A DNA stretch of 64,000 bases from Dehalococcoidia bacterium (GCA_965248455.1 OZ252105.1:2269360-2333359); one strand, 5' to 3'; positions 34,277 to 43,639 are shown, counted from the stretch's first letter. A program made the numbers and translations. The notes: generated by a model not told the origin, from the sequence alone.

Positions 34277-35635
34277 GTGCAGGGCGTAACCTGCGCACGT
34301 CCCGGAGGCTTTCGTTCACCTTTGACGACGCTGCCCAAGAACAGCAAACCCCGCTTCTTCTACGGCTGGTACATCCTGGCAGTCATACTGCTGACGGGTC
34401 TGTTCGCAGGCCCCACGAGCCAGGTGTTCATCGGCCTCCTCGTCGAACCTATCAGCAACGATACCGGCTGGAGTCCCACCGCTATCGCTGGCGCGGTAAC
34501 GTTCGGCGGCATCCTCGCAGGTGTGAGCGCTCCGTTCGTCGGCCTGCTGGCGGATCGCTACAACCCCCGCGTCCTGATGACCACGGGCGTACTGGTCATG
34601 GCAACCGCGTTCTTTGTCATCGCGGCTTCTCCCAGCGTATGGCAACTCGTGGTCGGCTACGCGATCGCCCGAGGCATCGCCCAGAACCTCATCGCGGGCG
34701 TCGTCCCGCGTGTCGTCGTCGTCAACTGGTTCCGGCGCATGCGAGGCCGCGCGGTCGGTCTCGTTGGCACCGCTCACCCGGTGGGCACTTTTGCGATGGG
34801 CCCCGCCGCGCTGTTCATCATCAGCCTGGGGTACAGCTGGCGGTGGGTGTGGATCATATTCGGCATCGCCATCCTCATATTCCTCGTAGTGCCGAACGCG
34901 CTCGTGGTGCGCCGTACCCCGGAGGAGATGGGCCTGCTGCCCGATGGCGCGGACGCCGCAACGGAGGGCGATGCATCGCGTGCAGCCTCCGCCCTCGAAG
35001 CAGAGCAGTCATGGACGTTGCGCGAGGCGATCAGGACGCCATCGTTCTCGCTCATCATCCTCTCCATCATCCTCACGAACTACGGTGGAGGCGGGCTTCC
35101 GTTCCACATGCCGCAGTACTACGAGCAGCAGGGATTCGCCGTACAGATCGGCGTGGCCGCCGTGAGCATGTTCGCGATATCCGGGGCGTTCGCCAATACG
35201 CTGTGGGGCTTCCTCGCGGAGCACATCTCAGAGCGTATCCTCGGCGTCTTCACGATGTTGTTGGGCATGGTGCTGGCGCTCGGCTTTCAGTTCGTTTCGC
35301 ATCCGGTGGTAGCGGTGGGTTATGGCGTTATCCTCGGCATAGCCGCTCGCGGCGAGGGCTCCATCCTCATGCTGCTCATAGCGAACTACTACGGCAGGCG
35401 GTCGTATGGCGCTATCTCCGGCATGGTGCAGACCGCACTGCTCGTGGGGCTGGCGCTCGGCCCGGTTACCATGGCAAGGCTCCGGGAGGCCACGGGCTCG
35501 TATGACATCGTCTTCTACTCCGCAGCCGTCACGTTCACGCTCGCGGCGATTCTGCTGTCGCTCGCGGTGAAACCGAAGAGACCCGAGCGCCTGACCAAAT
35601 TAGACGAGACCATAGAAAGAGGCTTACTGCTATGA
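34277..35635 (+). CDS. MFS transporter
   Basis: 452-aa ORF with about 12 predicted hydrophobic helices, a central loop, and FFYGWYILAVI N-terminal region typical of the oxalate/formate-antiporter-like MFS clade. The exact start is uncertain. Confidence 0.75.
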   Translation: MQGVTCARPGGFRSPLTTLPKNSKPRFFYGWYILAVILLTGLFAGPTSQVFIGLLVEPISNDTGWSPTAIAGAVTFGGILAGVSAPFVGLLADRYNPRVLMTTGVLVMATAFFVIAASPSVWQLVVGYAIARGIAQNLIAGVVPRVVVVNWFRRMRGRAVGLVGTAHPVGTFAMGPAALFIISLGYSWRWVWIIFGIAILIFLVVPNALVVRRTPEEMGLLPDGADAATEGDASRAASALEAEQSWTLREAIRTPSFSLIILSIILTNYGGGGLPFHMPQYYEQQGFAVQIGVAAVSMFAISGAFANTLWGFLAEHISERILGVFTMLLGMVLALGFQFVSHPVVAVGYGVILGIAARGEGSILMLLIANYYGRRSYGAISGMVQTALLVGLALGPVTMARLREATGSYDIVFYSAAVTFTLAAILLSLAVKPKRPERLTKLDETIERGLLL

Positions 35636-36378
35636 CCACGACCTCCGATATCGAACTGATGAAGCGCCAGGTGGCCGAGAGTTCCCACGTCCTGGACCAC
35701 CAGGGTCTGGTGGACTTCCACGGCCATATCAGCGCGCGCATGCCGGGCACCAACGTCCTCTACATCAAGCCCGTGCTCCGCGCGCACAACCGGATACGCC
35801 CGGAAGACATCATCGCCGTCGACATCGACGCCTACCTCGAGGGCGGCGATGCCTTGTGGGTGCCGGATGACCAGAAGGGACGCACCATAGATGCGCCGCT
35901 GCCGCCCCGTGAAACAGCCCTCCATGCGGCCATCATGCGGGCGAGGCCAGACGTGAACTCCGTGGTGCATACCCACCAACTCATTGCGACGGCGGTAGGC
36001 ACGGGGAACGTGCCCATCAAGGCGTTGTACAACCAGGCCGCGCCCTTCGCTCCAGAGACGCCCATCTACGAGAAGCCCGACCTAATCACGACGACAGCGC
36101 AAGGCCAGGAGGTAGCCGATACGCTCGGTGATCGCGGCGCGGCGCTGCTCCGTGGCCACGGTGTCGTCGTCGTTGGCGAGTCCATGGACCACTCGGTGTC
36201 GAACACGATCTACCTCGAACGTGCCGCCATCATGCAGGTCATCGCATCGATCGTCGGAACGCCGACCCCGATGAGCGACGAGTACGCCACCCGTTTCGGC
36301 GCTGACTGGGCCAAGCGAGCTTCGCACGCCTACGAGTACTTCCGCTCGCTCGTGCCCAGCCTCAACACCCCGGCGTAG
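35632..36378 (+). CDS. Class II aldolase/adducin family protein
   Basis: 248-aa ORF with GHISAR and SVVHTHQLIATA metal-binding His motifs. ATGA overlap with the MFS gene. Confidence 0.8.
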   Translation: MTTTSDIELMKRQVAESSHVLDHQGLVDFHGHISARMPGTNVLYIKPVLRAHNRIRPEDIIAVDIDAYLEGGDALWVPDDQKGRTIDAPLPPRETALHAAIMRARPDVNSVVHTHQLIATAVGTGNVPIKALYNQAAPFAPETPIYEKPDLITTTAQGQEVADTLGDRGAALLRGHGVVVVGESMDHSVSNTIYLERAAIMQVIASIVGTPTPMSDEYATRFGADWAKRASHAYEYFRSLVPSLNTPA

Positions 36379-36455
36379 GTTCAGGGCATATTCGCGTGCC
36401 TGCACGCCCCACGAACCCTTAGCGTCGTTCGTGGGGGGCTGTAGTCCCTGCCGCG

Positions 36456-37220
36456 CTATCCCTCCCGCGCTGCTCGTGCTGCGTAGTGATGCCAGATGCC
36501 GCTGGGCTTTCGGGGCGTCGGCGCGACCTCCGGCTTCAGGTGCTCGGCGTCCGGCATCGAGCGCATGTTCGCGACGAACTCAGCGCGCTGCTCCGGCGTC
36601 AGGACAGCGTGGCCGCTGCCCACCGCGCAGAACGCCAAGTAGTTCATCCGCGCCTGTTCCTCCAGATGCAGCATGTTCACCATCGCGTCCTCCATATCCC
36701 CGCCCACCGTCGCTGCGCCGTGGCCCTGAAGCATGACGGCGCTGTGCCCGCCCAGCAACCGAGCGACCTCTGCGCCGTCCTTCTCGTTGATGATCAGGCG
36801 CGGGCTGGGGAACATCGGAATAGGCTCGGAGAACAGCGGCATGCCCTCGATGCACATCGCCCCCATCTGCTCCTGCAGCACGCTCATCAGCACCGTGTAG
36901 CGAGGATGTACGTGAACGACCGAGTTGATGTCCGGACGCTCCCGCAGCAGGCAGGAATGCATCTTCACCTCGTTCGGAAGGTTCATCTCCTTCGGCCCTC
37001 CGGCCTTGTAACCCTCCGTGTCCACGATCACCATGTGCTCCGCGTACGTCTGCGAGAGCGCAGGGCCGAGCGCCTTGATGACGAACTTCCCCGGGTCGTC
37101 GGGCAGGCGCAGGCTCACATGGCCCCGCTCGATCGTCGACGCGTCCGCGAGACCCATCTCGTAGAGCATCCGATTCGCCAGCGCAACCTCTTCCAATAGT
37201 CCACCAAGCTTATCGGTCAT
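36456..37220 (-). CDS. Class II aldolase/adducin family protein
   Basis: I chose the internal ATG at 37220, preceded by GGAGGC (MTDKLGGLLEEVALANRMLYEMGL...). It carries a SVVHVHPRY motif. The track's 309-aa version runs into the amidase gene. Confidence 0.8.
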   Translation of the reverse strand: MTDKLGGLLEEVALANRMLYEMGLADASTIERGHVSLRLPDDPGKFVIKALGPALSQTYAEHMVIVDTEGYKAGGPKEMNLPNEVKMHSCLLRERPDINSVVHVHPRYTVLMSVLQEQMGAMCIEGMPLFSEPIPMFPSPRLIINEKDGAEVARLLGGHSAVMLQGHGAATVGGDMEDAMVNMLHLEEQARMNYLAFCAVGSGHAVLTPEQRAEFVANMRSMPDAEHLKPEVAPTPRKPSGIWHHYAARAAREG

Positions 37221-37231
37221 CGTGTGCCTCC

Positions 37232-38659
37232 TTATGCTGTCGCTGACTGCCCCACGGGGGCCTCGCGAGTGTGCCAGTCCGTCGCCGCCTGGTAGGCATG
37301 CGCCGCGCGCAGCACCCGCGCATCGTCGAATCGTGCGCCGCCAAGCATAAGGCCCAGCGGCAAGCCGTCGGTCGAGAATCCGCAAGGCACAGAAACGCTC
37401 GGCATCCTGCTCAGGTTGAAGATGCGGGTCAGACGCAAGAGCGCCTCGCGCACTGGAACCTCGCGCCCCGCGATCTCCATCGTCTCCTGATCGCGATGCG
37501 GCGCGGGTGCGGCCACGGTTGGCATCGCCAGCAGGTCGACACCCGCGAACGCTCGGGCGATGGCCCGCGCGTAGGCGACACGGGCACGTTGCGCCTGTGC
37601 GTACGCCGTCGCCGGAACGAACAGCCCGGACTCGAAGCGCCGCCGGATTGCCGGATCCATGCGGTCGCCGTGCTCGATAACGCGAGCGCCGTGAGCCATC
37701 GCCGCCTCCGCGGTCGTGATGCTCGCCGCGAGCGCGGGCGTCCAGTCCAGCTCAGGGATGGACATCTCGATGACGCGCGCGCCCAACCGTTCGAGCGTCT
37801 GCATCGCGGTCTCGAATGCCAGTGCAACTTCCGTATCGAGCGGCTCCCAGATGTACTCGACCGGCACGCCGATGCGCAGGCCGTCGATGTCGCCGTTCAG
37901 GGCCTCGGCGAAATCGACAGCTTCCAGCGCGGCCACCGACACCGGGTCGCGTTCGTCGTAGGCGGCAAGGACGTTCATCGTGAGCGCGAGGTCCTCCACC
38001 GTCCGCGCCATAGGCCCCGTCGTATCGAGCGAGTGCGAGAGCGGCGTGACGCCATGCCTGCTCACGAGCCCGAACGTCGGCTTGATACCCGATATGCCGC
38101 ACAGCGCCGAGGGTATGCGTATCGAGCCGCCCGTGTCCGATCCGAGCCCCATCGGGAAGAACCCAGAGGCGACGCCCGCTCCGGTGCCGCTCGACGATCC
38201 CCCTGGCATGCGATCGAGGCCCCATGGGTTGCCCGGCATGCCGTAGGTCGCGTTCCGCCCCGTGGGGTCGAAAGCGAACTCGACCGTGTTGGTCTTGCCG
38301 ATCATGATGCCGCCTGCCTGCTTGAGGAGACGCACCGTCGTCGCGTCCTCTTCGGGCACGACATCGGCATCGAGCGCCGAGCCGGAGGTCGTGCGGACGC
38401 CCGCAGTGCGATAGATGTCCTTCACGCCGAAGGGCACGCCGTGCAGCGGGCCTCGGCTCTTCCTGCTCGCCAGCTCGACGTCCGCCTGCCGAGCGTCGGC
38501 CAGCGCCTGCTCGGACGTGCGCGTGATGAACGCGCCGACCTTCGGCTCCAGCGCATCGGCGCGCGCCACGAACGCCTCGACGACCTCTATCGAGGATAAC
38601 TCCCGCGCCGCGATACGTCGCGCCAGCTCCGTCGCGGAGGCTTGCGTGATGTCGGTCAT
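37232..38659 (-). CDS. Amidase-signature family enzyme (GatA-like)
   Basis: 475-aa ORF with the GGSSSGTGAGVASG amidase signature and the catalytic Ser-cisSer-Lys context. Confidence 0.9.
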   Translation of the reverse strand: MTDITQASATELARRIAARELSSIEVVEAFVARADALEPKVGAFITRTSEQALADARQADVELASRKSRGPLHGVPFGVKDIYRTAGVRTTSGSALDADVVPEEDATTVRLLKQAGGIMIGKTNTVEFAFDPTGRNATYGMPGNPWGLDRMPGGSSSGTGAGVASGFFPMGLGSDTGGSIRIPSALCGISGIKPTFGLVSRHGVTPLSHSLDTTGPMARTVEDLALTMNVLAAYDERDPVSVAALEAVDFAEALNGDIDGLRIGVPVEYIWEPLDTEVALAFETAMQTLERLGARVIEMSIPELDWTPALAASITTAEAAMAHGARVIEHGDRMDPAIRRRFESGLFVPATAYAQAQRARVAYARAIARAFAGVDLLAMPTVAAPAPHRDQETMEIAGREVPVREALLRLTRIFNLSRMPSVSVPCGFSTDGLPLGLMLGGARFDDARVLRAAHAYQAATDWHTREAPVGQSATA

Positions 38660-38844
38660 TCCGCGCCTCCGATGGCGTCCTCGATGGCAACGCCCGATAC
38701 GTCTATCGCCGCAACCGGCGCGATGCGGCCGAGCATCGCCTGCACCTCCGGGCGCAGCGCTTCCAGGTGATCACGGCTGGCGGGCAGCCCCACGGCCTGC
38801 GCCCACGCGGCGAAAGCATCCGGCGTCATCTCATCGGTCATCAC
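38656..38844 (-). CDS. Small (62 aa) AtzG/GatC-like putative amidase partner subunit (DUF4089-like)
   Basis: 4-bp ATGA overlap with the downstream amidase. Acidic helical protein MMTDEMTPDAFAAWAQAVGLPASRDHLEALRPEVQAMLGRIAPVAAIDV... Confidence 0.55.
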   Translation of the reverse strand: MMTDEMTPDAFAAWAQAVGLPASRDHLEALRPEVQAMLGRIAPVAAIDVSGVAIEDAIGGAE

Positions 38845-38961
38845 GAACCCCCATCCCCGTTTCGGCGAATACGGTTTCGGGCGAGTATAGGTTGCGCCAC
38901 CACCTCAGACCAGCACACTCCCGTGTTTTCTCGAAATCGCGGCTTCAGGAACGTTTTTCTG

Positions 38962-39445
38962 AAATAGTGGCTCCATTGGCCTCATTTGGCTCTATCTACT
39001 CCTAGCCGAGAGTTGGAAGTGAGGCCGGGGTGGACTCGTTTGCGGTTCCGTTCACTCGTGGGCACGAGACCACATGGCTTCATTTAGCGGACTCGTTGGC
39101 ATCATGCGGCCTCATTTCGTAGGATAGAGGACGGGGGGGGACAGCCTCCAGGAGTGGCCAGGAGTGGCAAAACTTTTAATTCTGTTCCGTTTTGTTCCAT
39201 TTCGTTCCATTCCCTATCGTCTACGCGGGCCGGGATGCGAGGTTCTCGCCTTCGCGGGGGCCTTTGGATACCTCCTCCCCCCTGAGCGCCCTCACCCGAT
39301 GCTTCGCATCGACCTCTCCCATATGCAGGGAGAGGTGAATACCCACCTTCGCGCGAACGACGGTTGGTTTTCGATGAAACGACGTATGCGAACTATAGTA
39401 GGGCTGAGGGAGGCAATGGCGCAATGGGCTGTTGTCGTGATTCGG
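38962..39445. repeat. Mosaic repeat block R2 (iteron modules, G8 tract, REP-like units, IS110-target core), opposite orientation to R1
   Basis: 39149-39227 is the 10-bp iteron module. 39232-39260 and 39342-39363 are REP-like units. 39378-39438 is the core. The G8 tract is at 39133-39140. Confidence 0.75.
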
Positions 39446-39516
39446 ACAGGGGCGCCTGGAGCGCACGCATGGTGGCGGCTCGGTGCCAACTCCCGCGCCG
39501 TATACTGATTCGCGTG

Positions 39517-40182
39517 ATGCACCCTTTCCGCGCAGTCGTTTTCGATTTCGACGGCACCATGCTCGATTCGGAACGCCCCCTCTACGATGCGTACGTCGCA
39601 GCCTTCCGTGAGTTCCGCGTGGAGCTCACGATGGACGTATGGAAGATGGCAGCTGGCCGAGGCACCGGCGTCAATCTCGCGATCGATTACTTGGAGAGTG
39701 AACTGGGCCGCGAGATCGACAGGGAGGCTATCCGCCAACGAGCGCGGAGCCTTCGCCACGACGCGACGCGCGAGATGCCGGTCAACCCTGGCGTCGCGGA
39801 GCATATCGCAGAGGCGAAAGCCGCCGGGATGAAGCTCGCCATCGCGTCGAGCTCCGCATCCGAGTGGGTCAACGGCCATCTCACCCGGCTGGGGCTGCTC
39901 CCATCATTCGACGCCGTCTGTACCCGCGATGACGTCTCGCAGACGAAACCTGCCCCCGATCTCTACAACCTCGCCCTCGAACGTCTGAACGTGAAGCCCA
40001 CCGAGGCATTCGCCATCGAAGACTCGCCGAACGGCGTTAGCGCGGCACAGGCGGCGGGCATGCGCTGCGTGGCCGTCCCCGATTCGCTTACGATTCAGAT
40101 GGACCTGAGCCACGCAGACCTGATCGTAAGCTCCCTTGCAGACCTATCGCTGGCGCAACTGGCAGCAGCAGTCGCAGTCTAG
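39517..40182 (+). CDS. HAD-superfamily hydrolase (beta-phosphoglucomutase/phosphatase-like subfamily IA)
   Basis: I chose ATG 39517 (MHPFRAVVFDFDGTMLDSE, motif I). Later motifs are SSSASEW and IEDSPNGVSAAQAAGM. The upstream part of the track ORF lies in the repeat block. Confidence 0.8.
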   Translation: MHPFRAVVFDFDGTMLDSERPLYDAYVAAFREFRVELTMDVWKMAAGRGTGVNLAIDYLESELGREIDREAIRQRARSLRHDATREMPVNPGVAEHIAEAKAAGMKLAIASSSASEWVNGHLTRLGLLPSFDAVCTRDDVSQTKPAPDLYNLALERLNVKPTEAFAIEDSPNGVSAAQAAGMRCVAVPDSLTIQMDLSHADLIVSSLADLSLAQLAAAVAV

Positions 40183-40321
40183 GGTGGCTGGCCTGTATGT
40201 GCATGTCGCTAGCTTGCGCTAGGGAGGAACCGACGAAGGGGCGACTCGACCGGCGAGCCGCTCCTGTTCGTGGCGAATGAGGTCAGTTAGACGGTAACCA
40301 TCTACGAGATAGCGCGCTAGA

Positions 40322-41365
40322 TGTAGTTCCCAGGGACGTTGTTTACAGCCGGGAGGCGGGAGTAGCCCCGCCGATGCCGCCGTGTGGACGCCGGTGATTG
40401 TAATACGCGAGGAACCCAGGCAGCGCGTTGAGCCGTTCATCATTGGAGTAGTACGGTCGCTGGTAGGCCCACTCGGCCTGCATGATCTTGTTGAACGCCT
40501 CCGCCTTGCCGTTGGTCTGAGGCCGGAAAGGCCGTGTGCGCTTCAACCGCAGGTTCCTGGCCGCCGCCGTGTCGGTGAAGATGCGGCTCACGTAGCAGGC
40601 GCCGTTGTCGGTCAGGATGCGCTCGACGGCGATGCTCTGGCGCTCGAAGTGGGCAAGTGCCCGGACAAGGAAGGCGGCGGCAGTCGGGCCGCGTTCGTCC
40701 GGCAGGGCCTCGACGTAGGCATAGCGGGAGTGGTCATCCACGGCCACGTGGAGGAAGTCGAAACCGAGGCGGGGGCCGCGCTGAGGACCGCTGTGGGTCT
40801 CCGCGAAGCCGGGCAGGATGCGCTTGCCGCCACCCTGCGGGATGCGGCCGAGTTTCTTGATGTCGAGGTGAACCAGCGCGCCGGGGCGGGCATGCTCGTA
40901 GCGAACGATCTCCCGGGTGGTGCGATGGAGCCACGCGAGGCGGTGGAGTCCGGCGCGGCGCAGGACAGCGTAGACGGTGGAGGGGGCGATGCCCAACCGC
41001 CACCCGATGCGGTGCGGCCCCCAGGCAAGCATGCGGCGTGCAGCGCAGATGGCCGCTTCCTGCAGCTGACCGGTTTGGCGGGGGCTGCGCAGGGGATGGC
41101 TGGAGCGGTCGAGGAGCGCGTCTGGCCCACCTTCACGGAACCGCCGCACCCACTTGGTGACGGTCGCGCGGGAGACGCGGAACAAGCGGGCTACTTCGGC
41201 TTGGGGCCAGCCGGACAACACCTGTTCGACCAACTCGGCGCGGGTCACGGGGGTCAAGCGTGCGTTACGATGGGTCATGAGGGGCCTCCTGTTACTGCTG
41301 GGTTTCGTTCACACAACAGCAACAGCGGGGCCTCTCACCTGTCAACAACCTCTATGGGAACTACA
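40322..41365 (-). mobile_element. Complete IS481-family insertion sequence (1044 bp) with a 6-bp target-site duplication
   Basis: Imperfect terminal inverted repeats of about 26 bp: tgtagttcccagggacgttgtttaca at 40322 against tgtagttcccatagaggttgttgaca (reverse complement) ending at 41365. They are flanked by direct GCTAGA at 40316-40321 and 41366-41371, the NCTAGN-type target known for IS481. Confidence 0.9.
40343..41278 (-). CDS. IS481-family transposase (HTH plus DDE integrase core)
   Basis: 311-aa intact ORF with an N-terminal HTH (AEVARLFRVSRATVTKWVRRF) and an rve-type core (HLDIKKLG...DNGACY...PQTNGKAEAFN). Confidence 0.95.
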   Translation of the reverse strand: MTHRNARLTPVTRAELVEQVLSGWPQAEVARLFRVSRATVTKWVRRFREGGPDALLDRSSHPLRSPRQTGQLQEAAICAARRMLAWGPHRIGWRLGIAPSTVYAVLRRAGLHRLAWLHRTTREIVRYEHARPGALVHLDIKKLGRIPQGGGKRILPGFAETHSGPQRGPRLGFDFLHVAVDDHSRYAYVEALPDERGPTAAAFLVRALAHFERQSIAVERILTDNGACYVSRIFTDTAAARNLRLKRTRPFRPQTNGKAEAFNKIMQAEWAYQRPYYSNDERLNALPGFLAYYNHRRPHGGIGGATPASRL

Positions 41366-41405
41366 GCTAGAGGTGAGGCGCAGGGCACGCCTCCGGCGCG
41401 CACCC

Positions 41406-42683
41406 CTACCCGGCGGGCGACCGGAGCCAGAAGGCGAGACGACCCTCGGCGACGGGGCGCGGCGCAGCGTCGCCAACCGCGTCCACGACCCACACCTGCG
41501 GGGTTGCACCCCGCTCGATGACGCCTGCGAACGTCAGTTTCGTGGAATCGGCCGACCACACGTGGTGGGACGGAGCGAACTGGTCGAAGAACTGCAGGTG
41601 TGTGAGGAAGTCAGCGGTGGAGATGAAGCGGGTCAGCAGCCGCGTTTCACGCGTGGCGGAGTCGACGACCTGCCACGCTGTTGGATCAGCGAGAGCAACA
41701 TGCGCGAGGCGCGAGCCATCCGGCGCCCAGTAGAAGGCGGCCATCGCGCCGCGCAGCAACGGTTCGTCGGGCCCTGAGCCGCCCTCGTCCACGATGTAGA
41801 GCGAATCGTAGAACGGCTCCCAGACCTGCTTTGTCGCAACCGCGATGCGCCCACCGGTTGGGGACCATGCGAAAGCGGCCTCGCCGGGGACATCCATCAC
41901 GGTGACACGGTCGGTCCCGTCGATCTTGGAGGTGACGAGCTTCCCCGTGCCGCCCTCGTCCACGACGTAGGCGATGCGCTCGCCGTCCGGGCTGAACGCG
42001 GGGACGCGGTAGCGGAGCGACTCTGCTTCGAGGTCGCGCGTCGAGCGGTCGCGGACATCGTGGAGCAGCAACTGCTCGCGCCGGTGCACCAGGATGTATC
42101 GCCCGTCCGGCGACCAGATGTGATAGAGCGGGGCGTTGGCGGCGACCTCGTAGGGTTCACCGTCGCTGGGCCGGACGGCGAAGAGGCCGAGTCCCCGGCC
42201 GTGGCCTCGGGGGGCGACAAACGAGAGGAACTGCGAGTCCGGCGCCCAGAGGGCGTAGTGCGGAGCGCCGTTGGCGACGAGGCCGACTGACCCCGGAAGC
42301 GTCTCGTGGAGCTGCCGCTCCGTCGAACCGCCAGCGTCGAGCAGCACGAGGCTGGCGACTGCGTTGCCGTCGAGGCTTGGAGTGCGCGAGAGGGCGACGA
42401 GCCTGCCGTCGGGCGACCAGGTCGGCCAGGTGTAACGAACGCTCTGCGCCTGCTGCGGGCGAAGCGAGACGCTGATGCCGGACTCGCCGGACCCGCCGCC
42501 ACCGGTGAGCCGTTCGGGGCTGCCGCCGTCGCCTTGCACCGTCCAGATGTCGAACTGCGGCCCGACGAAGACGATGCGCTGGCTACCGGAGGGTTCGGGG
42601 GTCGTGGTCGTAGGCTCGCCGCTGCTGCACGCCGCGAGAACGAGCAGCCCCGCAGTGACGCTGGCGAGGCGGAGCGGATTCAC
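41406..42683 (-). CDS. TolB-like beta-propeller (PD40/WD40-like repeat) lipoprotein
   Basis: Lipobox LLVLAACSSG. Repeated WSPDGR / WAPDS / FSPDGE / WAPDGS propeller-blade motifs. Confidence 0.8.
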   Translation of the reverse strand: MNPLRLASVTAGLLVLAACSSGEPTTTTPEPSGSQRIVFVGPQFDIWTVQGDGGSPERLTGGGGSGESGISVSLRPQQAQSVRYTWPTWSPDGRLVALSRTPSLDGNAVASLVLLDAGGSTERQLHETLPGSVGLVANGAPHYALWAPDSQFLSFVAPRGHGRGLGLFAVRPSDGEPYEVAANAPLYHIWSPDGRYILVHRREQLLLHDVRDRSTRDLEAESLRYRVPAFSPDGERIAYVVDEGGTGKLVTSKIDGTDRVTVMDVPGEAAFAWSPTGGRIAVATKQVWEPFYDSLYIVDEGGSGPDEPLLRGAMAAFYWAPDGSRLAHVALADPTAWQVVDSATRETRLLTRFISTADFLTHLQFFDQFAPSHHVWSADSTKLTFAGVIERGATPQVWVVDAVGDAAPRPVAEGRLAFWLRSPAG

Positions 42684-43537
42684 GCCCCGTTTACCCGAAC
42701 CTCAAGGCTGATGTCGAGCGCTTTCACCGAGTGCGTGATGGAGCCGGAGGAGAGGAGGTCGACGCCCGTCTCTGCGATCTCCCGCACGTTCTCGATCGTC
42801 ACCCCGCCGGACGCTTCCGTCAGCGCGCGGCCCTTGCAGATGGCGACTCCCTCCCGCATCTGATCGGGCGTCATGTTGTCGAACAGGATGATGTCAGCCC
42901 CGGCCTCCACCACCTCGCGCACCTGGTCGAGCGTGTCGCACTCCACCTCGATGCGGATCGTGTGCGCGGCGTCGTGCTTGGCCCGGCGTATGAGCTCGGT
43001 CATGCTCTCGCCGCGAGTGGCCATCGCCGCGATGTGATTGTCCTTGATCAGGATGCCGTCGCCGGTGCTCATCCGGTGGTTGTGCCCACCGCCCATGCGC
43101 ACGGAGTACTTATCGAGCAGCCGCCAGCCGGGCAACGTCTTGCGCGTATCGATGATCAGCGCGGGGAGCCCTTCCAGCTCGCGGACGAACTCGTTGGTGG
43201 CCGTCGCGATGCCGCTCATGCGTGATGCGAAGTTGATCGCGGTGCGCTCAGCGCGAAGGATGCTCGACATCCGACCGCGTATCGTCGCCATGTACGTGCC
43301 GCGCTCAACCTGCGAGCCGTCGTCGAGCAGGCGCACGGTCTCGAGGCTGGGATCGACCTCGCGGAAGACCTCCAGCGCGACATCGACTCCGGCGATGATG
43401 CCGTCGGCCTTCGCCATGATCAGCGCCTCGCTCATCAGGTCGTTCGGGAGCAGCGAGGAGGTCGGGTCGTAGGCGACCTCGTCCTCGGCGAGCGCCATCT
43501 GAATCAGCTGTCTCGTTCCATGCCAATGGTGCAGCAT
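42680..43537 (-). CDS. nadC: Nicotinate-nucleotide pyrophosphorylase (carboxylating) / quinolinate phosphoribosyltransferase
   Basis: 285-aa ORF. IDTRKTLPGWRLLDKYSVRMGGGHNHR and LEVECDTLDQV match the NadC pattern. Confidence 0.9.
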   Translation of the reverse strand: MLHHWHGTRQLIQMALAEDEVAYDPTSSLLPNDLMSEALIMAKADGIIAGVDVALEVFREVDPSLETVRLLDDGSQVERGTYMATIRGRMSSILRAERTAINFASRMSGIATATNEFVRELEGLPALIIDTRKTLPGWRLLDKYSVRMGGGHNHRMSTGDGILIKDNHIAAMATRGESMTELIRRAKHDAAHTIRIEVECDTLDQVREVVEAGADIILFDNMTPDQMREGVAICKGRALTEASGGVTIENVREIAETGVDLLSSGSITHSVKALDISLEVRVNGA

Positions 43538-43612
43538 CCGGTCACCTCACGCTGGCGGAGAGCCCGCCGATAAGAAGGATGACCGGATTTTACGGCGGCG
43601 CAAGGGCTATGC

Positions 43613-43639
43613 TGTGAAAATTTTCACATATTTTCACAT
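43613..43639. promoter_or_regulatory. Perfect 16-bp palindrome TGTGAAAATTTTCACA plus a tandem ATTTTCACAT repeat upstream of nadC (operator candidate)
   Basis: 43613-43628 is exactly self-complementary. ATTTTCACAT occurs twice in tandem (43620-43629 and 43630-43639). It lies 76-100 nt upstream of the nadC start, in an AT-rich patch. Confidence 0.5.

Noticed and set aside
39151-39170. A sigma-54 promoter in caggagTGGCcaggagTGGCAaaac.
   Set aside because: The GG and GC elements do not have the required -24/-12 spacing (TGGCAC-N5-TTGC). The sequence is better explained as the 10-bp tandem unit of the repeat module, which recurs at four sites.
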